Shown here piece by piece: positions 40,564 through 49,503 of a stretch of 64,000 bases of DNA (position 1 is the stretch's first letter; each line of letters starts with the position of its first letter). Origin of the DNA: a virus; IMG/VR virus record IMGVR_UViG_3300034022_001261. One strand, 5' to 3'. The notes beneath the pieces were generated by a model. That model was not told the DNA's origin. It saw only the letters and a list, made by a program, of their open reading frames with translations, and made no database searches. A program made the translations under genes and the position numbers.

Positions 40564-41357
40564 AACAACTAAAGGTGGAGTCCATTAAAGACTTCCAAAC
40601 ATGCGCTCTTCTATACAGTTATAGGCATGAGCAAAAATTAAATGAAACTATCCCATCTAGAGATGTGTTTACACAAAAATTTGAAAATACAATTAAAAGT
40701 GTTATCAATTTTTTCTTTTACAAAAAACAAGGCGGGTTCACCCCATCTTATGCATCCCTATTGAATAGGTGGGAAAAAATATGGTATCCAAAAGATATGA
40801 CTTCCTATGATATTATTCATGAACAGCATGAGAGCTACTATGGCAATAATGCAAGTCTAACTTCACGAGCTGCCTCTACTCTTTTAAATTTTTATAATAT
40901 ATATTCACAAGATGATTCCATACCAATATCAATAGACCAACCATTTATAATACCATTAGGCGATTCTACAAAAGTAGACGGTAATTTTGATTTAATCTTA
41001 GCTAAAGATAACCAATACTATGTCTATAAATGGGTCTTTAACTTTAGAAGCTCTCATGCAGATACGTATCAAGTTGATTTTTCTGTTCTACACGAAGCTT
41101 TTAAACATAAGTTTGGCGCTAAAATAAATCAAGCTCATTTTGGATACTATGATCTATTGGCTTCTAACCAAAAATTTACGGATTTTCAAATAGATAAAGA
41201 AGATTCTAATTCTTTAAAATATTGGGCTAATACTATCAACGAAACAGAAGTTTTTGCTCCTAGAAGAGGTCAGACAATCTACTGTAAGAAATGCCCATTC
41301 GATACACCTTGTTCAAAGTGGAAAGCCTGGGATGGCATAGAAGCCCCAACCAGCTGA
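40560..41357 (+). CDS. PD-(D/E)XK/Cas4-like protein, possibly catalytically degenerate
   Basis: N-terminal FQTCALLY, GNFDLI, C-terminal CKKCPFDTPC; VYKW where D/E-x-K is expected. Confidence 0.6.
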   Translation: MKQLKVESIKDFQTCALLYSYRHEQKLNETIPSRDVFTQKFENTIKSVINFFFYKKQGGFTPSYASLLNRWEKIWYPKDMTSYDIIHEQHESYYGNNASLTSRAASTLLNFYNIYSQDDSIPISIDQPFIIPLGDSTKVDGNFDLILAKDNQYYVYKWVFNFRSSHADTYQVDFSVLHEAFKHKFGAKINQAHFGYYDLLASNQKFTDFQIDKEDSNSLKYWANTINETEVFAPRRGQTIYCKKCPFDTPCSKWKAWDGIEAPTS

Positions 41358-41389
41358 TATACTATTAGTCTTAACGAAAGGCATTCATT

Positions 41390-42064
41390 TTGGCTAACAA
41401 ATCAATACTTGATGATATTTTAAATAAAGAAAAAGATTCTATATCAATTGAAGAAGAGGCTGTAATCCTAAAGCCACTATCGGAAGAAATTGATTTAATA
41501 ATTAATGACGGAATAAAAAGTTTTGTTAAATCTATTTTAATTAGATCTAATTCTTTTTGGGAAATACCATCTAGTTTTTCTGGGAGATTTCATCCACCTG
41601 ATGAGCATAACAAGGGCGGCAATGCCCTTCATACCAAAAGAGTAGTGAGAGCTGCAAAAGTAATTTCTGATTCCTACTCTTTAAACACAGAAGAAAGAGA
41701 CTTAGTCTACGCTGCATGCCTACTACATGACTTGACTAAAGGGATTACGTCCAAAGATGATGATAAGTCTTTTGTTTACGACCCACTTCACCCCTATACT
41801 GTTGGCCATTTTGTTGAAAAATGTCAAGCTTATGACAAGAAGTATGCAGGAGAATCTCAATCTTCAACGCTATTTGTAGATGAAGAGACGATACAATCAA
41901 TCCTTAGACTAGTTAGGTGTCACCTCGGTCCTTGGTCACCAGTCCCGGAGACTATACCTATCACCTATCTAGAAGTCATAGTGCACCTTGCAGACAACCT
42001 TGCTTCAAAAGTCCATTATATAACTGATGGAGATACTATAATAGAAGAACGTTGGAAGTTTTAG
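41390..42064 (+). CDS. HD-domain phosphohydrolase
   Basis: GNALHTKRV, ACLLHDLTK, HLADNLAS. Confidence 0.8.
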   Translation: MANKSILDDILNKEKDSISIEEEAVILKPLSEEIDLIINDGIKSFVKSILIRSNSFWEIPSSFSGRFHPPDEHNKGGNALHTKRVVRAAKVISDSYSLNTEERDLVYAACLLHDLTKGITSKDDDKSFVYDPLHPYTVGHFVEKCQAYDKKYAGESQSSTLFVDEETIQSILRLVRCHLGPWSPVPETIPITYLEVIVHLADNLASKVHYITDGDTIIEERWKF

Positions 42065-42235
42065 TTGATAGACAGTGAAGAAAGAATATCTAAAAGATAC
42101 TTTATATTAAACAATCTAGAATATTTTATAGCTGAATCGGTATACTACAGAACCTATTCGGAAGACATGGAAGACTATGCTAAGAAAATTCTTTATAATT
42201 ATAATGATCAATCTGGAAGCTTGAATATAAAATGA
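42065..42235 (+). CDS. Small hypothetical protein (not in the ORF track)
   Basis: TTG start, 56 aa, exactly fills the gap with ATGA overlap. Confidence 0.4.
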   Translation: MIDSEERISKRYFILNNLEYFIAESVYYRTYSEDMEDYAKKILYNYNDQSGSLNIK

Positions 42236-43440
42236 GAATATCCTCAGACAATACTAGGTATACTTCTGCTTGGAGATACGTAGAGCTCGCCAAGTACGTG
42301 CCATCTCTAGGTAGAATTATAAGAATAAAGAAAGAAGATGATCCTGTCTTAGTGGATATAGATAGATTAGATGCTTTTAGGGAAAAGTACAATAACCTTG
42401 GGCTATACACTTCTGTGTGGCAGTATAACTCTAAGGACATAGACGTTGCTACCAGAATGGGTTCACTTTATTTTGATATAGATAACAAAGACGTTAATGT
42501 TTCCCTAGAGGAGTGTAAGAGATTATACTCTTATCTTTCTAATTACATTCCTGAGGAATCGTTAATAGTATATTACACTGGCAAAAAGGGATTCCATATA
42601 GAGTGTGAAGCTTTAGCTCTTGGAATTCCTAACGGCAATGACCTCCACAGTGTGTTTAGATTTATAGCCAATGACTTATATAAGAAATTGCAATTGACTT
42701 CTTTGGACTTTAGTGTTTATGACCTAAGAAGAATGTGGAGACTACCTGGCTCCATACATCAGGATACTAATCTATATAAAACTAAACTAGATAATTCTAT
42801 TTTGTTTTCTTCGCTAGAAGATATCGTTAAATATTCTTCTGAACCACAAGACTATTCTATCCCAGAACAAGAACGAGATCTAAAGGCTTGTGATTGGTAT
42901 ACCGATTACTCTATTCAAATGCAAGTAGAAAAAAATAGACCTAAAGACCCCCTTGCTTACTTCAATGAACATGGTTCCAAAAGAGTTACTTCTTTTGGTG
43001 ATGGAGAAAAAGTTTTTAATAAAGTCAGATTACTTCACAGCTGCAGCGCAATCAAAAGAATAGAAAAAGAAGCTAAAGAGAATAAGCACCTGGACCACGA
43101 GTCTAGATTGTTCCTATGCTCTATACTAACCTATACAGATGACTCAATACAATACCTGCATGAGATACTTAGCAATTGTGATGATTATAATCCAGGTAGA
43201 TCTTCGGCTCATATAAATGACTGGATCAAAAGAAGAGAAGCTGGCATTGGGGGGAGACCTTATACTTGCGAGCGAGCTAATTCCGCAGGAGTTGGTTGCG
43301 GAGATTGTTCATTGGAACATAAGAACAAATGGATTAAAATTGGTGAAACTTTTGTAGAGACTAGCGAGAAGATTTCTCCGTCTCCAATAAGATTTGCTTA
43401 TACCAATGAAAAGAAAGGAGGAACAACAGATGGTGAATAA
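42232..43440 (+). CDS. Archaeo-eukaryotic-type primase with a PriL-like Fe-S C-terminal domain
   Basis: LYFDID, YTGKKGFHI, DLRRMWRLPGS; Cys set CSAI/CDDY/YTCE/CGDC. Confidence 0.8.
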   Translation: MRISSDNTRYTSAWRYVELAKYVPSLGRIIRIKKEDDPVLVDIDRLDAFREKYNNLGLYTSVWQYNSKDIDVATRMGSLYFDIDNKDVNVSLEECKRLYSYLSNYIPEESLIVYYTGKKGFHIECEALALGIPNGNDLHSVFRFIANDLYKKLQLTSLDFSVYDLRRMWRLPGSIHQDTNLYKTKLDNSILFSSLEDIVKYSSEPQDYSIPEQERDLKACDWYTDYSIQMQVEKNRPKDPLAYFNEHGSKRVTSFGDGEKVFNKVRLLHSCSAIKRIEKEAKENKHLDHESRLFLCSILTYTDDSIQYLHEILSNCDDYNPGRSSAHINDWIKRREAGIGGRPYTCERANSAGVGCGDCSLEHKNKWIKIGETFVETSEKISPSPIRFAYTNEKKGGTTDGE

Positions 43441-43630
43441 TACAGATGACGTTATCGGAGTATGCAGCGAATGCCACTCAGATCAACCTAACCAGTACAT
43501 GATGAATAGCCCTTTTGCTCAAGAAGGCAAGAACGTACCCTGCAGATATTGTGGTGGAGTAGTTATAATTACTTACAGAGAAACTAGAGATAGTGCAATA
43601 GACGGCAGCGACAGAAGCAGAGGATTGTAA
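43430..43630 (+). CDS. Zn-ribbon protein
   Basis: CSEC...CRYC; GGAGG RBS. Confidence 0.6.
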   Translation: MVNNTDDVIGVCSECHSDQPNQYMMNSPFAQEGKNVPCRYCGGVVIITYRETRDSAIDGSDRSRGL

Positions 43631-43631
43631 A

Positions 43632-46600
43632 TTGAAGAATTGGACAAATCTACATAACCACACGGTTTATTCCATGTTGGATGGACACGGTGGGGTAGAA
43701 GCCTATTTGACGAGAGCTAAGGATCTTGGCATGGTTGGTTTGGCAACTACTGACCATGGCAATATCCACTCTTGGCTAGACTTTTATGACGCTGGCACAG
43801 CTTTAGGCGTCAAACCAATCTTGGGTTCTGAGTTTTATCAGGCAAGAAAAACAAGATGGGATAGAGACGAAGAAGAAAGAGCCGGTAAAGCAAAAAGTGA
43901 ATGGGAACAACGTGGCCCGTATCACATAACTATATTAGCTAAAAATAATACTGGTTATCATAACATCATTAAAATGTCTTCCCAATCTTATACTGATGGT
44001 TTTTATGTTAAGCCAAGATTAGACCATGAGCTTATCTCTCAATATTCTGACGGGATTATAGTTTTATCCGGATGTTTAAATAGCGAAGTAAGCCAAGCTT
44101 TACTGAGAAATGATTATGAATTTGCTTTGGCATCAGCAAAAAAGATGCAAGATATTGTTGGTAAAGACAACTACTTCATCGAGATACAAGACCATGGGTT
44201 AGGTGAACAGAGAAAGATCTCTGCTGAGTTAATAGATATAGCTAAAAAAATAGGAGCTATGGTAATACCCACTGGCGATTGCCACTATGTGAATCAATCA
44301 GAAGCAAATTCGCATGACATAATGCTTTGTGTTGCCACTAATAGTAACATACATACTCCAGATAGATTTTCTTTTTCTGGAGATCACTGGTATCTACATA
44401 GCTATCAAGAAATGGCTAAGACATTCTCTGAAGAATGGCTAGAGAACACCATGCATGTTCACGACATGATAGATGTAAATCTAAAATTTGGGGAGCTTTA
44501 CTTTCCTGACTTCCCAATACCAAGTGGGAAAGAAGTCAACGCTCATCTAGAAGATTTAGCTTGGGCTGGATTAAAGAAAAAATATGGTGATCCACTTCCA
44601 ATAGAAGTTGTTGATAGAGCTACCTATGAATTTAGAGTAGTTAAAGAAATGGGTTTCCCTGAATACTTCCTTGTGGTATCCGATCTAGTCAACTGGTCTA
44701 AGGAGAATGGTATTAGAGTTGGATGGGGTAGAGGATCGGCAGCTGGGAGTATCTTGTCCTATGCTTTGGGGATTACAAACTTAGATCCATTAAAGTTCGG
44801 ACTAATGTTTGAAAGATTTTTAGTTGAGGGAAGAAAGTCCATGCCCGACATCGACTTAGACTTTGACGATAGATATAGAGATAAGGTTATTGACTATGCT
44901 AGAACTAAATATGGAGATGACAGAGTTGCCCACATCTGCACCTTTAACAAAGCTGGAGCTAAGCAATCGATAAGAGACGCAGCAAGAGCTCTTGGATATG
45001 ATTTCACCGCTGGAGACAAGGTGTCCAAGCTAGTACCTCCACCAGTCTTAGGGGTAGCAAAGAATCTAAACGAATGCATGCAAGTTACTGAGTTTAAGTC
45101 TGAATATGATTCAAATGAAGATAGTAAAAAAATAGTTGACACTGCATTTGGGTTAGAGGGACTTGTCAGACAAACGGGAGTTCACGCTGCCGGCATAGTT
45201 ATATCAAGAGGTCCACTTACTGACTATCTTCCTATCATGAAAAAAGGTGTAGGTAATCCCATTATCACTCAATGGGACATGGGTAGAGTTGAACAGTGCG
45301 GACTACTTAAAATTGATTTTTTGGGTTTAAGAAACCTAGGAGTTATAGACCAGTGTATTAGTTTAGTCAAGAAGAATCTTGATATCGATATAGACCTAGA
45401 CGACATACCATTAGATGACCAAAAAACATTCGATGAATTGTGTAAGGGTAATGCTATTGGTGTTTTCCAGCTTGAATCTTCTGGGATGAGACAGTTAATG
45501 GTTCAGCTTCAGCCGCAGACTATCAAGGAAATTATGGCCTTGATCTCCCTATACAGACCAGGACCAATGGGATCAGGGATGGACAAGCTTTATATTAACC
45601 GTAAGCATGGGCGTATTCCAATTGATTATGAGCATCCTAAAATGAAAGATGCTCTTGAAGAATCATTAGGCATTATGCTATACCAAGAGGATGTATTGGC
45701 AGTGGCTAAGGATCTTGCTGGCTTTACTGTCCCCGAAGCTGACGACTTGCGTAAGGTCATTGGTAAGAAACAAATGGATAAGATTCCTAAAATAAGAAAG
45801 AACTTTGTAGAAGGTTGTCTATCCAATGTTGACATAACTGAAGAGAAAGCTAATAAAATTTTCTCAGATATAGAATACTTTGGAGGTTATGGGTTCAACC
45901 GAGCCCACGCTGCAAGTTATGCAATGGTTAGTTACATGACTGCGTATTTGAAGACACACTATACCGCTCAGTACATGGCTGCTTTGCTAACGTCTGTTGC
46001 CGGCAATAAGGAGAAGTCTTCTTTATACTTATCTGAATGTAGGAAATCTTCACTGAAAGTACTACCACCATCTATTAATAATTCCATGCATGACTTTGAA
46101 GTTATTGGGGATGATGAAATATTATTTGGACTCTCTGCGATTAATGGCATAGGCCCTTCTATAGCTGATGCCATAATCGGCTCAAGAGATGTAGATAGAC
46201 CCTACACCTCTATGCATGACTTCTTTAGAAGATGTGATCCAACTATATTAAAAAAGTCAACGATTGAACATTTGGCTGCAGCTGGTGGGTTTGATGATTT
46301 AATTGATGTCCCAGAAGAAGTTGAGATGAACAGAAGACGTGAGTTGGAAATTTTAGAAAAAGAAAAACTAGAATTAGGAATTTACGTATCGAAGCATCCT
46401 ATTGAGGGAATTTGGGAGATCATTAAACCCAAGGTAGATAAAGAAATATTTGAATTAGCTGAATGTAACCCTGGCACTAAAGTAAAAATAGGTGGGATTA
46501 TAACTTCTGTTAAAAAGATGATAACTAAAAAAGGTGCAAAGATGTTCAAGCTCGAGGTAGAAGATCTTACCTCAGCCATAGAAATAATCATCTTCCCTAG

Positions 46601-46955
46601 AGAAGCTAAGTCTATAGTCGATAGTTATTTTTCTGATGGAGATATCTTTATTTTTTCTGGCTCGGTCACTAAAGATGGCGATGAAGAGAACGCTACTCCT
46701 AAGTTAATTTTTAATTCCTGTGAGAAAATAGATAACGCTATATTTACGGGCAGTAAGCCAATAGTTTTAAAGACTAATTCACTAGTTTCTAATGAGACTA
46801 TTAAATCTATATATGATATAATTAATAATTCCAATGGAGCTTCTACTGTTTTTTTAGAAATGATAGATGGCAACAAAGAATATACATTTAGGTTCAATAA
46901 AACCACATCTTTAAAAGTAGAAAAAGATCTACAATCAATCTTAAATTTAAAATAG
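43632..46955 (+). CDS. dnaE: DNA polymerase III alpha subunit (family C)
   Basis: PHP motifs LHNHT/TDHGN/GDCHY, GRGSAAGS, SMPDIDLDF, GYGFNRAHA, OB fold. Confidence 0.96.
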   Translation: MKNWTNLHNHTVYSMLDGHGGVEAYLTRAKDLGMVGLATTDHGNIHSWLDFYDAGTALGVKPILGSEFYQARKTRWDRDEEERAGKAKSEWEQRGPYHITILAKNNTGYHNIIKMSSQSYTDGFYVKPRLDHELISQYSDGIIVLSGCLNSEVSQALLRNDYEFALASAKKMQDIVGKDNYFIEIQDHGLGEQRKISAELIDIAKKIGAMVIPTGDCHYVNQSEANSHDIMLCVATNSNIHTPDRFSFSGDHWYLHSYQEMAKTFSEEWLENTMHVHDMIDVNLKFGELYFPDFPIPSGKEVNAHLEDLAWAGLKKKYGDPLPIEVVDRATYEFRVVKEMGFPEYFLVVSDLVNWSKENGIRVGWGRGSAAGSILSYALGITNLDPLKFGLMFERFLVEGRKSMPDIDLDFDDRYRDKVIDYARTKYGDDRVAHICTFNKAGAKQSIRDAARALGYDFTAGDKVSKLVPPPVLGVAKNLNECMQVTEFKSEYDSNEDSKKIVDTAFGLEGLVRQTGVHAAGIVISRGPLTDYLPIMKKGVGNPIITQWDMGRVEQCGLLKIDFLGLRNLGVIDQCISLVKKNLDIDIDLDDIPLDDQKTFDELCKGNAIGVFQLESSGMRQLMVQLQPQTIKEIMALISLYRPGPMGSGMDKLYINRKHGRIPIDYEHPKMKDALEESLGIMLYQEDVLAVAKDLAGFTVPEADDLRKVIGKKQMDKIPKIRKNFVEGCLSNVDITEEKANKIFSDIEYFGGYGFNRAHAASYAMVSYMTAYLKTHYTAQYMAALLTSVAGNKEKSSLYLSECRKSSLKVLPPSINNSMHDFEVIGDDEILFGLSAINGIGPSIADAIIGSRDVDRPYTSMHDFFRRCDPTILKKSTIEHLAAAGGFDDLIDVPEEVEMNRRRELEILEKEKLELGIYVSKHPIEGIWEIIKPKVDKEIFELAECNPGTKVKIGGIITSVKKMITKKGAKMFKLEVEDLTSAIEIIIFPREAKSIVDSYFSDGDIFIFSGSVTKDGDEENATPKLIFNSCEKIDNAIFTGSKPIVLKTNSLVSNETIKSIYDIINNSNGASTVFLEMIDGNKEYTFRFNKTTSLKVEKDLQSILNLK

Positions 46956-46962
46956 GAATAAA

Positions 46963-47328
46963 ATGACACAAAGAATCGTTACAAAAAACCCAGTTAAAAA
47001 TGACTGCTGGAAGTTCTGTTCATCATGCAACAGATGTCAGGACAGAGGAAGATATAGCAAGTGTGCTGGATGTAGTGGTAGATATGACCCCAAGTTAATT
47101 ATAGACCCGGATCCAGATGATTATTGTGACTGTAAAAATGGCGTCTTAAGATGGAGAACCAAGCAGGGCAAGCTTCTTGTTACTAGATTTAAGACCAATC
47201 CATTTAAAGGTGAGGTTAAGTATGACAAAAAATCAGAAGATGAACGAGATTGGGATTCCTATGTCAAGGACATGAGAGAAAAAATGGATGACCCAACCTT
47301 CAACCCAATAGCAATAACAGAGGATTAA
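46963..47328 (+). CDS. Cys-rich hypothetical (metal-binding) protein
   Basis: CWKFCSSCNRC...CAGC...CDC. Confidence 0.55.
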   Translation: MTQRIVTKNPVKNDCWKFCSSCNRCQDRGRYSKCAGCSGRYDPKLIIDPDPDDYCDCKNGVLRWRTKQGKLLVTRFKTNPFKGEVKYDKKSEDERDWDSYVKDMREKMDDPTFNPIAITED

Positions 47329-47330
47329 AC

Positions 47331-47558
47331 ATGGAAACTACAGGAAAAATTACAAGAAATAACATAAGCTTACACGAATATGCTGAAGGAGTTCATCAGT
47401 ACGAAGACAAGTTCTTTATTAAATGTGGTATAGCTGGAATTTTTGCAAGTAAAAAAGAACTTGAGGACTTATATCTTGTTTTGAATTACTATTTAAATAT
47501 AGAAAAGTTCGCTGAGTGCGAAGTAAGAGTGGGAGACCAAGATGTGGCCATACAATGA
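47331..47558 (+). CDS. Hypothetical protein
   Basis: 75-aa ORF with GAGGA RBS. Confidence 0.5.
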   Translation: METTGKITRNNISLHEYAEGVHQYEDKFFIKCGIAGIFASKKELEDLYLVLNYYLNIEKFAECEVRVGDQDVAIQ

Positions 47559-47718
47559 AGACGACTTTATGGAGCTGGGGAGAACAGGGTGGGTTCCCAT
47601 TGGAGAAGGCAGCTATCTCAATAAACACAATGGCCATACAATAGATGAACTCGGAAATGAATACGATGAAAAGGGAATTAAAATATATTCACCTGGTGAA
47701 GACAATAATACCCTATGA
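47542..47718 (+). CDS. Small hypothetical protein (not in the ORF track)
   Basis: MWPYNEDDF..., 58 aa, GGGAG RBS, ATGA overlap with the next gene. Confidence 0.5.
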   Translation: MWPYNEDDFMELGRTGWVPIGEGSYLNKHNGHTIDELGNEYDEKGIKIYSPGEDNNTL

Positions 47719-48515
47719 GTAATATATCAGTAAGAACCGCAGAATCTCTTTCTCCCTTGGAATCTTTGTCATTAGTTGATTTTTCCTATTCAAGGTTAGA
47801 CACATATGCAATGTGTCCATCAAAATATTTTTATTCTTACATACAAAAAGAACCAAGAACATCAAACGATGCAGCTCTTCTGGGTAACATTATCCACTCT
47901 GTTCTTGAGGAGTGTGTGGATAAAGAAAAAGATTTAGATTTAGATATCCTTTATTCTGAGTATGAAAAACAGAAAGATAGCTACGATCCACAAAGTAATA
48001 TACCAGATATTCTAATTGATGCTGGAACTAATATACTATCTGAATTTTATGATAAACATTCTGGCGATAGCTTTGATATATTTGAAAAAGAACTTGGCTT
48101 TAGGTTTATTATTGGCACTTATGCTATAAACGGCTACATAGACAGAGTAGATGTCTATGATGAAGATACCATTAATATCATAGACTATAAAACAGGTAAG
48201 TGGGAAGTAGCTCAAAAGAATATTAAAGATAACCTTCAGCTGGGAATCTATGCCATAGCTACATCTTTAATCTTCCCCGATAAAAATATCAGAGCGGAAC
48301 TTTATTACCTTAGATCTGGTAAGAGAAAATTTCATCTCTTCACTAAGGAAGATATAGAGAACGCAAAACAATCTTTGATATTAAAGATCAATAAAATAAT
48401 GGAAGATACTTCTTTCTCCCCAACTGGCAATGAGAGAGTCTGTGGCTTCTGTGAGCACGCTGAGAGTGGCGCCTGTGCTACGGGAGTTGCAAGACGTAGA
48501 AGAATGGGCAAATAG
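47715..48515 (+). CDS. RecB/Cas4-like PD-(D/E)XK exonuclease with Fe-S cysteines
   Basis: FSYSRLDTYAMCPSKY, GYIDRVD, IIDYKTG, CGFCEHAESGAC. Confidence 0.85.
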   Translation: MSNISVRTAESLSPLESLSLVDFSYSRLDTYAMCPSKYFYSYIQKEPRTSNDAALLGNIIHSVLEECVDKEKDLDLDILYSEYEKQKDSYDPQSNIPDILIDAGTNILSEFYDKHSGDSFDIFEKELGFRFIIGTYAINGYIDRVDVYDEDTINIIDYKTGKWEVAQKNIKDNLQLGIYAIATSLIFPDKNIRAELYYLRSGKRKFHLFTKEDIENAKQSLILKINKIMEDTSFSPTGNERVCGFCEHAESGACATGVARRRRMGK

Positions 48516-48550
48516 AAAAGCCGGGGTTTTTAGCCCCGGCTTTTTTATTT
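48516..48550. terminator. Bidirectional Rho-independent terminator
   Basis: AAAAGCCGGGG-tttttag-CCCCGGCTTTTTT between convergent genes. Confidence 0.8.
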
Positions 48551-48649
48551 ATTGAATTTGTAAATTTAGAAATTATACAGAAACCAATTTGGTCTCGAAA
48601 ATTTTTTTCCATATTTACTCTATATAGGTTTTTTAAATTATGATAAAGC

Positions 48650-48820
48650 TTAGAAAGCTTCTACAGCATTTTCCAAAGAGTCAGCAAGAACAGAGAAGTT
48701 ATTCTCTACTACCATCTTTGTAGCTTCACGGTGAGTGAACCCTACAGATGAAAGATCGTCAATGACGCTCTCGTTGATTGTTTGGCTGATGCTGTTGATG
48801 ATTGTGTTTAATGTATTCAT
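48650..48820 (-). CDS. 56-aa hypothetical protein, the only credible minus-strand gene
   Basis: ATG (cat 48818-20) after AGGAT; MNTLNTIINSISQTINESVIDDL...; occupies an otherwise gene-free gap. Confidence 0.6.
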   Translation of the reverse strand: MNTLNTIINSISQTINESVIDDLSSVGFTHREATKMVVENNFSVLADSLENAVEAF

Positions 48821-48873
48821 GGTGGATATCCTATCTGTTGTGGAAAAGAAAAACAACCTATAGTTGCAATTTC

Positions 48874-48902
48874 TTGTTTTTTATTTATTTATAAAGTATA
48901 CT
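48874..48902 (+). promoter_or_regulatory. Host-type sigma70 promoter
   Basis: TTGTTT-17 nt-TATACT upstream of 48934. Confidence 0.5.
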
Positions 48903-48933
48903 GGTAGGTATGCTTAAGAACTAAGAGGTTACC

Positions 48934-49503
48934 ATGAAGAAGCCAGAAATTACAACTGCAGAAGACTTTTTTTTGGAAAAGTCCAATCTTCGTAAACATC
49001 CTAATTTTAAAAAAATAAAACAAGATTTTATAGACTCTGAAATTCTAGAAATAGAAGATGAAAAAAAGGTAGCTTCCAAAGGAAATGCCTATAAGAACAC
49101 AAAATCAGGCTATAGAAAAGACCTGGGCTTAAACTTAAGATCAAACTGGGAAGCTAACTTTGCCAGGATACTAAACGCATACAAAATACAATTTGACTTT
49201 GAACCGACTACATTTGCATTCCCAGTAAAAAGGGGAACCAAGGGTTACATTCCAGATTTTTATATAAACAAATCTAGCGAATGGGTAGAAATAAAAGGAT
49301 ATTTAGATGATAAAAGTAAAATCAAACTCAAAAGATTTAAAAGATATTATGAAGATGATTTCAATAAACTAACTTTCATAATAAGCAAGTACTCTACTGC
49401 AGCTAAGAAATTTGCAGAAGAAATAGAAATACCAAAAGTATTATACTATGAAGACATCCGAGCTGCTTATATGGAAAAATTACCCCTCTGGGAAGGAAAA
49501 TAA
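48934..49503 (+). CDS. PD-(D/E)XK restriction-like endonuclease
   Basis: RSNWEANFAR, YIPDFYI, WVEIKGY. Confidence 0.7.
   Translation: MKKPEITTAEDFFLEKSNLRKHPNFKKIKQDFIDSEILEIEDEKKVASKGNAYKNTKSGYRKDLGLNLRSNWEANFARILNAYKIQFDFEPTTFAFPVKRGTKGYIPDFYINKSSEWVEIKGYLDDKSKIKLKRFKRYYEDDFNKLTFIISKYSTAAKKFAEEIEIPKVLYYEDIRAAYMEKLPLWEGK

Noticed and set aside
28740-46955. Inteins or group I introns in nrdJ, dnaB, dnaE
   Set aside because: Lengths are ordinary (700, 486, 1107 aa), motifs are contiguous, and no Hint or LAGLIDADG motifs were seen.
47715-48515. Cas4-like genes suggesting a CRISPR system
   Set aside because: No repeat-spacer array or other cas genes; stand-alone Cas4/RecB-like nucleases are common in phages.
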